Source: Macrostomum lignano
Taxonomy: Eukaryota
Direction of reading: 5' to 3'
Assembly (NCBI GenBank): GCA_002269645.1
Contig: NIVC01000487.1
Coordinates: 392,298-456,297 of the forward strand
Length of the DNA stretch: 64,000 nucleotides
The notes under the pieces were generated by a model. That model was not told where the DNA came from. It did no database searches and was given only the letters and a program-made list of their open reading frames with translations. A program made the position numbers and the translations under genes. Each line of letters starts with the position of its first letter. Position 1 is the first letter of the stretch. This document shows positions 11,291-23,654 of the stretch, one piece after another.

Positions 11291-11931
11291 GACCATAAGG
11301 TTTATGTTTTGGGTCATAAGGTTCATGGTTATGGTGATGGGGTTACTTACATGAGGCTAAGGTCAGCTAATACAGCTAGCAGCCTCAGCAGAGAAGGCCT
11401 GTTTCTAATTTTAGCTTCGCGAGTCAACTTTAGACTCAACTAAATTATCTGCTAGAAGCACCGAGCCGGCTTAAAGGTTCTGCACTTTTCCAGTAAACAG
11501 TATTTAGCCTGGCCGCTTCTCATGTATTACATGGTTAGTTGGTGCGTCTACGGACGTGACACAGGGCTCTGGCTAGCCTCGTGTCACTGACAGACCCGGG
11601 GCCAGGGGGGGGGGCGAGAGGGCAGGGCAGCCCAGGGAGGACCTGGGGGCCGGAATGACTTTTAAAAGTTGCGGCAGGGAGGGCAGCATAATTAATCGTG
11701 CCAATCAAGGCGACCCTTGGGGTAGATTTTCCCTACGCCTTATATCCCAAGTCAATTTGTTCAGCAGCCGATCCCGATCCCAGGAGTGGCAGCTGGTTCG
11801 TTTTTAGCGTTTCAAACTCTGTGCGCTTTTTTCATCTGTCTGCTTGCTGTTATTGCTGTCCCCACACCTTGGACTCTTAAAGACTTGGGTGAAGACCTAG
11901 AAAGCAAGTTTTAAACTGCTGAAATCGGCGT

Positions 11932-12288
11932 GGAGATGATCAGAGATCGGAGATGATCAGAGATCGGAGATGATCAGAGATCGGAGATGATCAGAGATCG
12001 GAGATGATCAGAGATCGGAGATGATCAGAGATCGGAGATGATCAGAGATCGGAGATGATCAGAGATCGGAGATGATCAGAGATCGGAGATGATCAGAGAT
12101 CGGAGATGATCAGAGATCGGAGATGATCAGAGATCGGAGATGATCAGAGATCGGAGATGATCAGAGATCGGAGATGATCAGAGATCGGAGATGATCAGAG
12201 ATCGGAGATGATCAGAGATCGGAGATGATCAGAGATCGGAGATGATCAGAGATCGGAGATGATCAGAGATCGGAGATGATCAGAGATC
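11932..12288. repeat. Perfect 17-bp tandem repeat (GGAGATGATCAGAGATC)x21
   Basis: 357 nt equals 21 x 17; no mismatches seen. Confidence 0.97.
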
Positions 12289-13107
12289 CCCCCGAGGAAC
12301 ATTGGCGGCCAGAAGGACAGCCAGCGGAGCGAGTCGCAGAAAGGCCAATTGAAACAGCGGACGCGAGCAAACACTAAGCTGAGCCGAGATCCAAATTGGC
12401 TTTTAAAAATCGGTCTGGACGCAGCGGGAAACTGGCTTTCCACGCCAGCTCACCCGGGAATCAATTGCTAACCCGGGCGGAACAATTTGCTCCGCAAAGA
12501 TTGCAGCTCCGCTCGGGCCAGTGATTGATTTATCAGCAAATAGGTCGTCAGGGAAATTTTAAACAATTTCGGTTATTAATAGTCGCAAAAACTTATCTGG
12601 ATCTGAAAGCACCGGCTTTAATGCGATATTGTTTCTCGTCAATGAGACTTCCCATTTATCCCATCTTCTCTCCCCGCCTATTTCTCATGCAGCACCGAGA
12701 AATCTCCCAGGGGGAATCGGAGCGGATGAAGATGGGATGGGGGAAGCTGCGACACTTCCTCCACCCGGATGGGGCGCCTCATCGGCTGGATTATTGTTCT
12801 TAGAAAATCTATTTGAGCTTGCATCGCATTCGCGGAACTCGAATATCCGGCTCGCCCCCCCCCAGCCCACCTTAAGTCGGAGCTCTGGGGGACAGGGCGG
12901 AGATCAGCAAATTCAAGTGCAAAATAAGCTGCATCAGATTTGCCAGCCAATGGGCGGCTCAGCAGGGCGTCATTGGCCTCGGAGGCGAGCATTTCAGAGG
13001 GGCGCAGGCCCGGGCGGCATAGAAGACCAAAGAGCTGGGCAGGCTGCGGCGGCAGGCAGATCTGTGGAAGCCTCCCTTTCTTCCTGACACATTCAGCACT
13101 AGCCAGG

Positions 13108-14619
13108 ATGCCTAGCCAAACTCGTTCCTCTCTTATCTTGCTGCTGCTGCTCGTTGCCATGGCAACAGCAGAGGCACTCAGAAGGACGCCGCGGGAGCAA
13201 CCGGTCATCACCGACGGTGTTGACAGCGGCGCAGAGTTCGAGGACGCCTCCTCCTCGCCGCCGCCGTCGCCGCAGCAGCCGCCGCCAGCGGACTCGGTGT
13301 ACATCGTGATCCTGGACGCCGGATCGTCGGGCACGCGGGCCGTGGCCTACCAGTTCCGCGTGAAGCGCTCCAGCCTCATCGGCCTGGAGTACATCAGCGT
13401 CTACAAGCGCAAGAGCGACCAGGGCCTGTCGAACTTTGAGCGCAATCCGCCCCGCTGCCGCAAGATGCTGCAGGACCTGCTCGGCGAGGTGGCCGACGGC
13501 ATCCCTCGGGAGGTGCGCGGAAAAACCGTGGCAATCCTGCGCGCCACCGCCGGCTTCCGCCTGATGAAAGACAGCGCCAGGGCGAAGATCGCCAAAGAGG
13601 CCCGCGACGTCCTTCGCCGGTCGGCGTTCCGCATTCCAAACAAGGACGCGGAGCTGGTCCGGATGCTGAGCGGCAGCGATGAGGCCAAGTACTCTTGGAT
13701 CGCCGTCAATTACCTGCTGGGCAATTTCCAGGAGGAGGGCGCCGCCACCAAGCCCATTGTTGAGATGGGCGGCGGCTCGCTTCAGGTGGCCTTCGAGGAC
13801 CCGAAATTGGCGGCGGCAGCTGACGGCGAGGGCGGCGGCGCCACCTTCCGACTGCACGGCGGGCGCACGTACGCGGTGCACACGCACAGCTACCTGGGCC
13901 TCGGCTTCAGGGAGTCTGTGCTCCGCATCATCGGCTACCAGCAGCCCGATTCCGAAGAGAAGGCCTGGGCGCAAGTCTCTACGCCGTGTCTGGCGCCGAA
14001 TCTAGCGCTAAATTTCAGCTTCGGCTCGACGAACATCGGCGTGATGGGTGAATCAAGCGTTGGCGGCGAGCGCCGTGTGAGCATCTGCTCGGGTCTGGCC
14101 AGACGCCTCGTCCAGCAGCTTGATGTTCACGACGAAGTCGAACTGGCCGGCGACGGCGCCAACTGGCCGCTGTACGGGATCGGCAGCATCTACTTCCTGG
14201 CGCAGTTCCTGCAGCAGAGACGCCTGGTGCCGGACATCCGGCCCGACGAGGCCACCTGCCAGGCTATGGTGAGCCGCGGCCTCCGCTGCGGCGCCTTCGC
14301 TGGCACCGTGGGCGACTTCACCGCGGCAGCCCGGCAAGTGTGCAGCGACCCGCCGAGGGCTTCCCGCTTTCCGCCCTACTACTGCATCAGCACCTCCGTG
14401 GTGTCCGCCCTGCTCAGCCAGGGCCTGCGCCTGCCCGAAACCGCCAGGATCACCGTGCTGGGCAACAACGACGCTCTCGGCTGGAGCCTCGGCCTTGGCC
14501 TTGAATTTCTCGCCTCGGCGGAGTCGGGCGGCTCACCGTCGGCCAGTCCGAGGTGCGGCGACGTGGTCAGCTTAGCGATGGTTGCCATGATGATGCAGCT
14601 GCTCAGGAGGTTGAGCTGA
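13108..14619 (+). CDS. GDA1/CD39-family NTPDase (apyrase; ENTPD5/6-like core), intronless, 503 aa
   Basis: Apyrase conserved regions present: ACR1 DAGSSGTR, ACR2 QGLS/ATAGFRL, ACR3 GSDEAKYSWIAVNYLLG, ACR4 EMGGGSLQV, SYLGLG and ACR5 GWSLG. ATG 13108 starts a signal-peptide-like segment (LILLLLLVAMATAEA). The ORF-track start at 12940 is probably upstream UTR/intron. Confidence 0.92.
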   Translation: MPSQTRSSLILLLLLVAMATAEALRRTPREQPVITDGVDSGAEFEDASSSPPPSPQQPPPADSVYIVILDAGSSGTRAVAYQFRVKRSSLIGLEYISVYKRKSDQGLSNFERNPPRCRKMLQDLLGEVADGIPREVRGKTVAILRATAGFRLMKDSARAKIAKEARDVLRRSAFRIPNKDAELVRMLSGSDEAKYSWIAVNYLLGNFQEEGAATKPIVEMGGGSLQVAFEDPKLAAAADGEGGGATFRLHGGRTYAVHTHSYLGLGFRESVLRIIGYQQPDSEEKAWAQVSTPCLAPNLALNFSFGSTNIGVMGESSVGGERRVSICSGLARRLVQQLDVHDEVELAGDGANWPLYGIGSIYFLAQFLQQRRLVPDIRPDEATCQAMVSRGLRCGAFAGTVGDFTAAARQVCSDPPRASRFPPYYCISTSVVSALLSQGLRLPETARITVLGNNDALGWSLGLGLEFLASAESGGSPSASPRCGDVVSLAMVAMMMQLLRRLS

Positions 14620-14640
14620 CTGAGCCAGCTGGCAAAGAGA

Positions 14641-14995
14641 TAGAGGGGGAGAGAGAGAGAGGGAGAGAGGGAGAGAGGGAGAGAGAGGGAGAGGGAGAGA
14701 GGGAGAGAGGGAGAGAGAGGGAGAGAGGGAGAGAGGGAGAGAGGGAGAGAGGGAGAGAGGGAGAGAGAGGGAGAGAGAGGGAGAGAGAGAGAGAGGGAGA
14801 GAGGCAGAGAGGGAGAGAGAGGGAGAGAGAGGGAGAGAGAGAGAGGGAGAGAGAGGGAGAGGGAGAGAGGGAGAGAGGGAGAGAGGGAGAGAGGGAGAGA
14901 GGGAGAGAGGGAGAGAGAGGGAGAGAGAGGGAGAGAGAGGGAGAGAGGTAGAGAGAGGGAGAGAGGTAGAGAGAGGGAGAGAGGTAGAGAGAGGA
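14641..14995. repeat. GA-rich (GGGAGAGA-type) low-complexity repeat
   Basis: Polypurine tract directly after the NTPDase stop. Confidence 0.95.
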
Positions 14996-15101
14996 GAGCC
15001 TCCATTCCCAGGCACTGACACGGTAAAAGATCAGGAGCAAAGAGTTTGAATTGTTATAGTTGCCGATATTTCGAAATTATTATATTACTTCGTCAAGGAA
15101 A

Positions 15102-15335
15102 GTAAAAAGAAAGAAGAGGGAGAGAGAGGGAAAAGGGGAGAGAAGGAGAGAGAGAGAGAGAGGGAGAGAGGGAGAGTGTGAGAGAGGGAGAGAGGGAGAG
15201 AGAGGGAGAGTGTGAAAGAGAGAGAGAGAGAGGGGGAGAGAGGGAGAGGGAGAGAGGGAGAGAGAGGGAGAGAGAGGGAGAGGGGGAGAGGGAGAGAGAG
15301 GGAGAGAGAGGGAGAGGGGGAGAGGGAGAGAGGGA
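15102..15335. repeat. GA-rich low-complexity repeat
   Basis: Second polypurine tract. Confidence 0.93.
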
Positions 15336-17428
15336 GACGAGGCTGGATCTCGAGACTGATGTCTCACAGCCTGCTCCGCCCAGCCAGCTAAATGAGTAGA
15401 AAAAGTTCAGACCCCAACAAGTTGGAAACAGATTTGGGAGGAATTGCAATTAACAACTAACCGACAGATCTCAAAGCGAGTGCCGAGCCTGCCCCCCCCC
15501 CCGGCCTGAGCAGGAGTTCAAGTGCAAACGGGAAAGTTTTTAAAAAGTACAGCCTCCATTCTCTTTGAATGCCTCGAACAAAAAATGTTCGCTTTGAGGG
15601 GGAGGGGAGAGTGATGTTAGGGTCTATCTAGATCCCAAGGGGAAATCGCACAAGAGTCCCACAAAAGGGTTATTTTTCTCATCTTCACTGCCGGCGGAGG
15701 GGGTCACACGAGGTTCCCAAGAGGCGACCCCCCTCTGTCTGCGCCAGCTCAGATGCACCCACAGCTGTACCCTGGATACCGGATTCTGTTGCACTGATTT
15801 AAGCTCCGTTATTATAACCATCAGGTGGAGGTTTTCGAGTCTTCATAGCGCCTAAAAAAATTATCTCTATTTTCAAACAAAATTTTCTATTAACTTTTCT
15901 AGCAGCACGAGCGGAAGTGAAAATTATTACAGGAAAATCAGCAAAACTGCGGGACAGATAGTGAATATTAATTATATTAAATTGCTAACCAAACCGTGTA
16001 CATAATCTAAATAAGTCATATTTAAATTGAATTATTACAAAAAATATGTTAAATCTTGTGATATACAAATACCTTGGATATGCTTCATACCTGTTTGCTA
16101 TTTGCATTGCAGATCTGTGTACATAAGCCTGTACCCTCTTGCTTATTATAATCTTGTTTATTCTGTCAAGCTTCATACCGCTATTGCATCAGCTTTAACC
16201 ATAGGCCAAGTTTTCCAGAGAGCAATGCAACGCAGATGAAGAATGAATTAAGTACTTCAGCTGCAGCAAAACCAAGCTATAGATCAGGCCATCTCTGAAA
16301 TAAATGCACCAAGCTTCGTTCTAGCATACGATTGTATCTATCTATCTCTGTTGGGTCGAATTTCTAGATGTACATCTATTGACTGTGCACCAGTGCAGTG
16401 TTCCTTGGACTTCGGCTTTTTGTCACCGGATGTGATAGTTTATTTGCATCAAAATGGAATCATGCAAAGCATACACACAGGCACAGGCCAGCTCGATTCT
16501 AATGTGCAACAAATTTCAAACAAACTGAAGTAGTTTAAAAAAGGGCAAAGTTTATTTCTAACAAAAACAAGATGTAAATAAATGAAATTTTTCTGCGTCA
16601 AAACTTTTCAAATTCGATTTCAGAAAACTAAGCACGACGTAGATCATGCGTTCGAACTTTCCTGCCGCATGAATACTGAGCTCGGGCTCAATTAAATTCG
16701 CGCCAGATGTGAAGATTTTATCCAGTTTTAAAACGAGACCAAGTTTGTAAGAATCAGTTTTGCTATTCTGAAATTATCGAGAATTTTGTGCATGAGGTTT
16801 CTTCGCGTAGCACAGTCGCCTGGGACCCATATCTCTGGGATGGGGGTGTCACTTCCCCTGGGCTAGGAATGTAAAGTTTGGTGGGAGGGTGGCAACAAAA
16901 GTGCTTCCGAGACACAAAGTTATGGGGAATATTAAGGCATGGAAGATGGTAAAGTCCGGAGGGGAAGCTTGGGAAAATATGAAATTTGGGGGGGGGCGCT
17001 TATAAAAAGTGCGGCATCGATTGAATTTTAACTGTGCCTGGATGAGCAAATGCAATTATCAGCCATCTGTCAGCTTGAGTTTGCTCCAGCCTCATCACCG
17101 CATAATATATCAAAGCTGAGGTTAAGCCTAAATGATAAAACCGATGTTACAGTCTACACTTGCTTTTTATTGTTGCATACAACACTATCTGGAGCTTTTA
17201 ATGCGCCTGCCCCAATTAAATATGCGAGCTACAGTTTAGGAATGTCCGATCCAAAAGCACAAACAGTGAACAGCAAATCTTATACCCTTCCCACGGTCTT
17301 AAGCCAAACAGGAAATTTGCATGCACACTTGATGCAGACACATTAACGCGTTTGACTCTTGTGCTATGACCCCTGGTTCGATCCCACATCCATTTGGAGC
17401 TGTTGCACAAAAATTGACGGATGGGTTC

Positions 17429-17950
<522 letters not shown>

Positions 17951-18771
17951 CACTAAGACACTAAGACACTAAGACACGGTACACCCTGTGTGAGCGTGTG
18001 CATGAGTACAGGATACAGGAGTCAGCGGAATGGGCAGTTCAATTGCCTCAGCGCTGGTTTCGGGACGATGCCGCCGAAGGCGTTGCGCCAGGGTGGCCGC
18101 AAGCCTCCTGCGAATCCAGGCCTGTATAACTAAACACAGAGTGATGAATTATATATAAACCCTGCTGGTTGCAATCACAATTAAAAAGGCGTTTAAAAAA
18201 GCATTTTAGAAAGCAATTTAGAGAAGAGTGAGCTATTATTTCAAAAATCTGCAATAGGAAGAGCAACTGTTTGAGTCGCGTGACAGCTGGCTGTTGAATC
18301 GCACAAAATGATGCATTTGTCACTTGCCAGAGCCGGGTGCTCTCGTTGGCTTTCATATTTTCTAGTTAAAGAAGACTCAAGGCTAAGGCTTAAAACCCTA
18401 ACCTGTGTTTTGTACTAATAAGTGGACGATGCCATTCCGAATTTCTCCCTGTAGCTATTCATGTATCAGCTTGTCAACCGTAGGAAGACAGCCAGACAGA
18501 TAGACAGTGCGCATCAGTGCTTCTCTGTGCTCTGCTCTGTGTGGTCTCATTGATTTTTAGCATAATAGATTTTTTCCAACTCTTCCAAGATAGAAGGGCT
18601 AGGAGAGAGAGAGAGACAGAAATTGCTGAATGAATAGAAACTTATCTAATCAAGGCAGTTTCATTTTTTCTGTTCTACAGAGGCATGCAAGAAAATTTAA
18701 GGTCAATAAAATATTATTGGAATGTAAAATACTGAGATTAGACTTGGGGTCATTAGTATATAGTTTATGAG

Positions 18772-19310
18772 TCAGGTGGCTGTGGAGTGAGGTGGATACG
18801 GCGTGAGGTGGATACGGAGTGAGGTGGCTGTGAAGTGAGGTGGCTGCGGAGTGAGGTGGCTGCGGAGTGAGGTGGCTGTGGAATGAGATGGATACGGAGT
18901 GAGGTGGCTGCAGAGTGAGGTGGCTGCGGAATGAGGTGGCTGCGGAGTGAGGTGGCTGTGGAATGAGGTGGCTGTGGAATGAGGTGGCTGCGGAGTGAGG
19001 TGGCTGTGGAATGAGGTGGATACGGAGTGAGGTGGCTGTGGAATGAGATGAATGCGGAGTGAGGTGGCTGCAGAGTGAGGTGGCTGCGGAATGAGGTGGC
19101 TGCGGAGTGAGGTGGCTGTGGAATGAGGTGGCTGTGGAATGAGGTGGCTGCGAAGTGAGGTGGCTGTGGAATGAGGTGGATACGGAGTGAGGTGGCTGTA
19201 GAATGAGATGGATACGGAGTGAGGTGGCTGCAGAGTGAGGTGGCTGCGGAGTGAGGTGGCTGCAGAGTGAGGTGGCTGCGGAGTGAGGTGGCTGTGGAGT
19301 GAGGTGGCTT
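18772..19310. repeat. 15-bp minisatellite (GGAGTGAGGTGGCTG[CT])n, copy 1
   Basis: Approximately 15-nt periodicity. Confidence 0.92.
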
Positions 19311-20281
19311 CGAAGTTGGGTGGCTTCGGTACAGAGGCTGTAAACTGTAAACTAAAGTCGGCGTACAGTTTTCAGCTTGGGAATTAAAATGCATGAAACA
19401 AATAAAAATACCAAAATCTAAATAACCTACCCAGCTAATAGATCCAAGTGACTGTAATCTTGCCGAACAAGCGATCTACATCTAATTCGATTTAGCCGCG
19501 CATGCGAGCTGGCGGACAGCATTAAACTGCGAGGCGTCGGTGCGAATTATTAGTTAGCCGGCCATGATCGCGGGGAGAGAGGGAGAGGCCTGCTTTAATG
19601 GCAAAAACGGGGACAACTTTATCGACTGTAGAATATTCGCTGCACACCGCTGAACCCTCCAAGTCCTGCCCCTCTGCATGCTGGCACCCGCCAACCCCAA
19701 TACCTACAGCACTTGACCCAGACTGGGAAAATAGGCAGAAAAATCCTCGCGCCCCACTTGTTAGCCGGTGTTTTATGGCAGTAGAATGCGCCTTCAATTC
19801 GGCTTGATATTTGGCTACAGCAGAACACAGCGAATGTCCCTTATCAATTCGAAACTTGAATAGGATGATCTTAGCCAGATAGACACTGGCAGCTGTGTTC
19901 AACGTCGACTTCCGAAATAAATAAATAGCAAAGTAAAGTGCATCGTAAATATAGTTCAAGCCTAGCTAATGTTTATAACTCGAGTCTAATATTGATAAGA
20001 CTGCATGTGTAAGCTCGCGGCAGTATTTTTAGACGCAATTTCGGTAGGCTGGAAAATGCCATAGACAATTCAGCTATTCTTGCGCCAATTTAGGTAGCAG
20101 CATCTGATGCATAGAAACTCGCATATTAGGAGAGACCCACCTTGTTGGCGCACCTCGAGGCCAAGTGCGAATTGCTCTATTTATTTTTATGAAGCTTTAT
20201 CGGCCGAAATGTGCTGGCTAACTTATTTGGTTGCATTTTTTTGAAGAGAAATTCCCCCTGCCCAGCCAAATCCCTGCTGCC

Positions 20282-20434
20282 ATGCGGCGAGGCCTTCTCC
20301 CGCCTGTTTCAAACAGGCGAGGACCGCCCGTAGGCTTGCAACAGCCTGATAATTGCTCTGCTTCTAATGGACCGGAGCTTGAATCCAGCGACGGCCAGCA
20401 CATGGGCAACAACGTCAACAAGAATGACACTTCG
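20282..20434 (+). CDS. Unidentified 4-exon gene, exon 1 (MRRGLL...MGNNVNKNDTS)
   Basis: GCCATG at 20282 (alternative in-frame ATG at 20402); strong donor TCG|GTGAGT, phase 0. Confidence 0.6.
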
Positions 20435-20475
20435 GTGAGTTTTTATTAGCATTTCAAGATGGCTGCGAAGTTTTG

Positions 20476-20992
20476 GAGTGAGGTGGGTGCGGAGTGAGGT
20501 GGATGCGGAGTGAGGTGGGTGCGAAGTGAGGTGGCTGTGGAGTGAGGTGGCTGTGGAGTGAGGTGGATACGGAGTGAGGTGGCTGTGGAGTGAGGTGGCT
20601 GCGGAGTGAGGTGACCGCGGAGTGAGGTGGATCTGGAGTGGGGTGCATGAATACGGAGTGAGGTGGACGGAGTGAGGTGGATGTGGAGTGAGGTGGCTGT
20701 GGAGTGAGGTGGCTGTGGAGTGAGGTGGCTGCGGAGTGAGGTGGCCGCGGAGTGAGGTGGATCTGGAGTGGGGTGCATGAATACGGAGTGAGGTGGACGG
20801 AGTGAGGTGGATGTGGAGTGAGGTGGATGTGGAGTGAGGTGGCTGTGGAGTGAGGTGGCTGCGGAGTGAGGTGGCCGCGGAGTGAGGTGGATCTGGAGTG
20901 GGGTGAATGAATACGGAGTGAGGTGGACGGAGTGAGGTGGATGTGGAGTGAGGTGGATGTGGAGTGAGGTGGCTGTGGAGTGAGGTGGCTGG
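20476..20992. repeat. 15-bp minisatellite (GGAGTGAGGTGGCTG)n, copy 2, in intron 1 of the unidentified gene
   Basis: Same unit family as 18772-19310. Confidence 0.92.
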
Positions 20993-21363
20993 GTGAATCT
21001 AATCGAGAGGACACCGAAGTCTCATGCAGTAGACTTCTATGCTGAAAAACTGCCGCGTCAAAGAGCAAAGAGCTGATTTAATTCTTGCCTCCCCTGTTGC
21101 TGAAATTATTAGGCTACATAATAAAAATGATTTCAATATAAATGCAACTAAATGATATTCTGCCGGTCGGAACGAAAAAAGTTATGAATTTTTTGTCTAT
21201 TCGATCCAATTAGGCAAAGTGTAGAGCAGAATTGAGATAAGCGATGAGCTGCTGCCCTGGCCGTGAAATGTTTGATCTAGGAGACAGATTTTTTTAGAGT
21301 AAATTAGCCACATATCCAATCAGTTTTATCTTGAAATGAAAGCTTCCGCTTGGGTCATTTCAG

Positions 21364-21427
21364 GACATTGACGAGACGGAATCAGTGGAATTGTGGAGCG
21401 GCTTCATTGAAGGCCAGGTCGAAGTTG
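21364..21427 (+). CDS. Unidentified gene, exon 2 (DIDETESVELWSGFIEGQVEV)
   Basis: Acceptor TTTCAG|GAC, donor G|GTGGGT; phase 0 to phase 1. Confidence 0.6.
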
Positions 21428-21504
21428 GTGGGTTTAAAGGCTTATATTTAGAAATTTTCTTACTGCAATTTAGCCCTACAACAATGTTTGAACTTTTCCT
21501 GCAG

Positions 21505-21590
21505 ATCTGGATGCAGTAAAGAGCGAAGTGTCGCGCAGAAGTGTCTACCAGAGGGCGTTTTTCATTGAGGATGACGATGAAGATGATCTG
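21505..21590 (+). CDS. Unidentified gene, exon 3 (DLDAVKSEVSRRSVYQRAFFIEDDDEDDL)
   Basis: Acceptor TTTTCCTGCAG|AT, donor CTG|GTTCGT; phase 1 to phase 0, matching both neighbours. Confidence 0.62.
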
Positions 21591-21654
21591 GTTCGTTTTT
21601 GTAACTTTTTCTGCTCCAGAAATGTATATAGTTATCTGATATAAATGGGGACAA

Positions 21655-22592
21655 GACTGATTGGGACTCTGAATCACTTGTCTAGGAGACTGATTCACCT
21701 GTATAGGAGACTGATTCACCTGTCAAGGAGACTGATTCACCTGTCTAGGAGACTGATTCACCTGTCTAGGAGACTGATTCACCTGTCTAGGAGACTGATT
21801 CACCTGTCTAGGAGACTGATTCACCTAGCTAGGAGACTGATTCACCTAGCTAGGAAAATGACTCACCTGTCTAGGAGACTGATTCACCTGTCTAGGAGAC
21901 TGATTCACCTGTCTAGAAGACTGATTCACCTGTCTGGAAGACTGATTCACCTAGCTAGGAAAATGACTCACCTGTCTAGAAGACTGATTCACCTGTCTAG
22001 GAGACTGATTCACCTGTCTAGGAGACTGATTCACCTAGCTAGGAGACTGATTCACCTAGCTAGGAAAATGACTCACCTGTCTAGGAGACTGATTCACCTG
22101 TCTAGGAGACTGATTCACCTAGCTAGGAAAATGACTCACCTGTCTAGGAGACTGATTCACCTGTCTAGGAGACTGATTCACCTGTCTAGGAGACTGATTC
22201 ACCTGTCTAGAAGACTGATTCACCTGTCTAGGAGACTGATTAACCTGTCTAGGAAACCGATTCACCTGTATAGGAGACTGATTCACCTGTCTAGGAGACT
22301 GATTCACCTAGCTAGGAGACTGACTCACCTGTCTAGAAGACTGATTCACCTGTCTAGGAGACTGATTCACCTGTCTAGGAAACCGATTAACCTGTATAGG
22401 AGACTGATTCACCTGTCTAGGAGACTGATTCACCTGTCTAGGAGACTGATTAAACTGTCTAGGAGACTGATTCACCTGTCTAGGAGACTGATTAAACTGT
22501 CTAGGAGACTGATTCACCTGTCTAGGAAACCGATTCACCTGTCTAGGAGACTGATTCACCTGTCTAGGAAACCGATTCACCTGTCTAGGAGA
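21655..22592. repeat. 21-bp minisatellite (GATTCACCTGTCTAGGAGACT)n in intron 3 of the unidentified gene
   Basis: 21-nt periodicity, about 44 copies. Confidence 0.95.
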
Positions 22593-23020
22593 CTTTTAGT
22601 TTACCCGAACAAAAGGTACGAGTTAACTGGTTGAGTTAATATTTTTAAGAAGTTTTCAGAATCGATTTGGGCCACTAATATCAAGGTGCGTAGTTCAGAG
22701 AGCGTAAAAATTTCAGCTATCGAGGTGTTGTTGGAACTTCAAAGCCGCCCGTTTACCTGTAGAGTTGTTTATATTCGATAAAATAGGCCAATTAAAAAGT
22801 TCGACACGCCTAAAAACTGCGCACTCATTCAAAAGTTTTGATCGTACTCCTCTGGAAACAGAAAAACTGTATATAACTAGTCTGGCTGTACTTTTAAACA
22901 TTTGGAGAAGTTATAATGCGCGAGGCTTACCGTGTGTTTTCGGATCAACCAAGAGAAAGTAGAAATAATAAGATTATTTCCACACTTTTCGCTCACTCAA
23001 CTCTACTCTTGTCGGATTAG

Positions 23021-23545
23021 TTTGAAGAAGTCGAACTGTCGGCCGTGCTCAGCACCTGCTTCATGGAGATGACGGAGGTGCACATGTCAACTGACCAGAA
23101 CGACGGCTCGGAGATTATCGCCCCATCGCGCACTGATAAGCCCTTCTCGTGCTACATCTACGCAAGCATGGGTTGCCGCAGGCACTGGATGGCCAGCCTG
23201 GGTCATGTCTCCAGCGTGACAGAAGACGAGAAGGATGAGCTCACCTTCGATTGCCGCACCGCTGCCGCCGCCGCCGCCGCAGCAGCAGCAGCAAGCATAT
23301 CAGCGTCAGAAACTAACTCAGTAACAACAACAATAGATGACACCAACAACTGCCTGACGTTGTGGTTCAGCTATCAGCCAGACAGGGTGCCTGACCGAGA
23401 GCCTTCAACACTGCTGGTGTTTAAACTGGCGCGATTGGCCAATAATCTACGCAGAATCATGTACAGCAGGTCATCGACTAGGAACAGGGGCTCAACTCTG
23501 TCAAAAACTAGCGAGAATAGAAGCGAAGATTCGCGGGATCTGTAA
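23021..23545 (+). CDS. Unidentified gene, exon 4 (FEEVELSAVLSTCF...SEDSRDL*)
   Basis: Acceptor GATTAG|TTT in phase 0; open GC-rich frame to the stop, with a poly-Ala tract. The 3' end is less certain and could splice further. Confidence 0.6.
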   Translation, partial: FEEVELSAVLSTCFMEMTEVHMSTDQNDGSEIIAPSRTDKPFSCYIYASMGCRRHWMASLGHVSSVTEDEKDELTFDCRTAAAAAAAAAAASISASETNSVTTTIDDTNNCLTLWFSYQPDRVPDREPSTLLVFKLARLANNLRRIMYSRSSTRNRGSTLSKTSENRSEDSRDL

Positions 23546-23654
23546 ACTGGGTGCATATTTGGACTTCGATTTTGCCACGCTGAAAGCTATTCCAACAATC
23601 AGCTTGTATAGAGCTAATCAAGATTTTATTATGAATGCTGCGAGACACAGACAC

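Noticed and set aside
13099-13974. 291-aa antisense ORF over the NTPDase, and similar shadows over the POT, GPCR, NHL and BBS2 genes
   Set aside because: Expected by-product of GC-rich codon bias; no recognisable motifs.
21645-22634. 329-aa (SRRLIHL)n ORF and similar periodic ORFs (270-1282, 10847-11354, 31090-33604, 41701-44798, 55441-56092, 61265-61686)
   Set aside because: Direct translations of minisatellites, several lying inside introns of well-supported genes.
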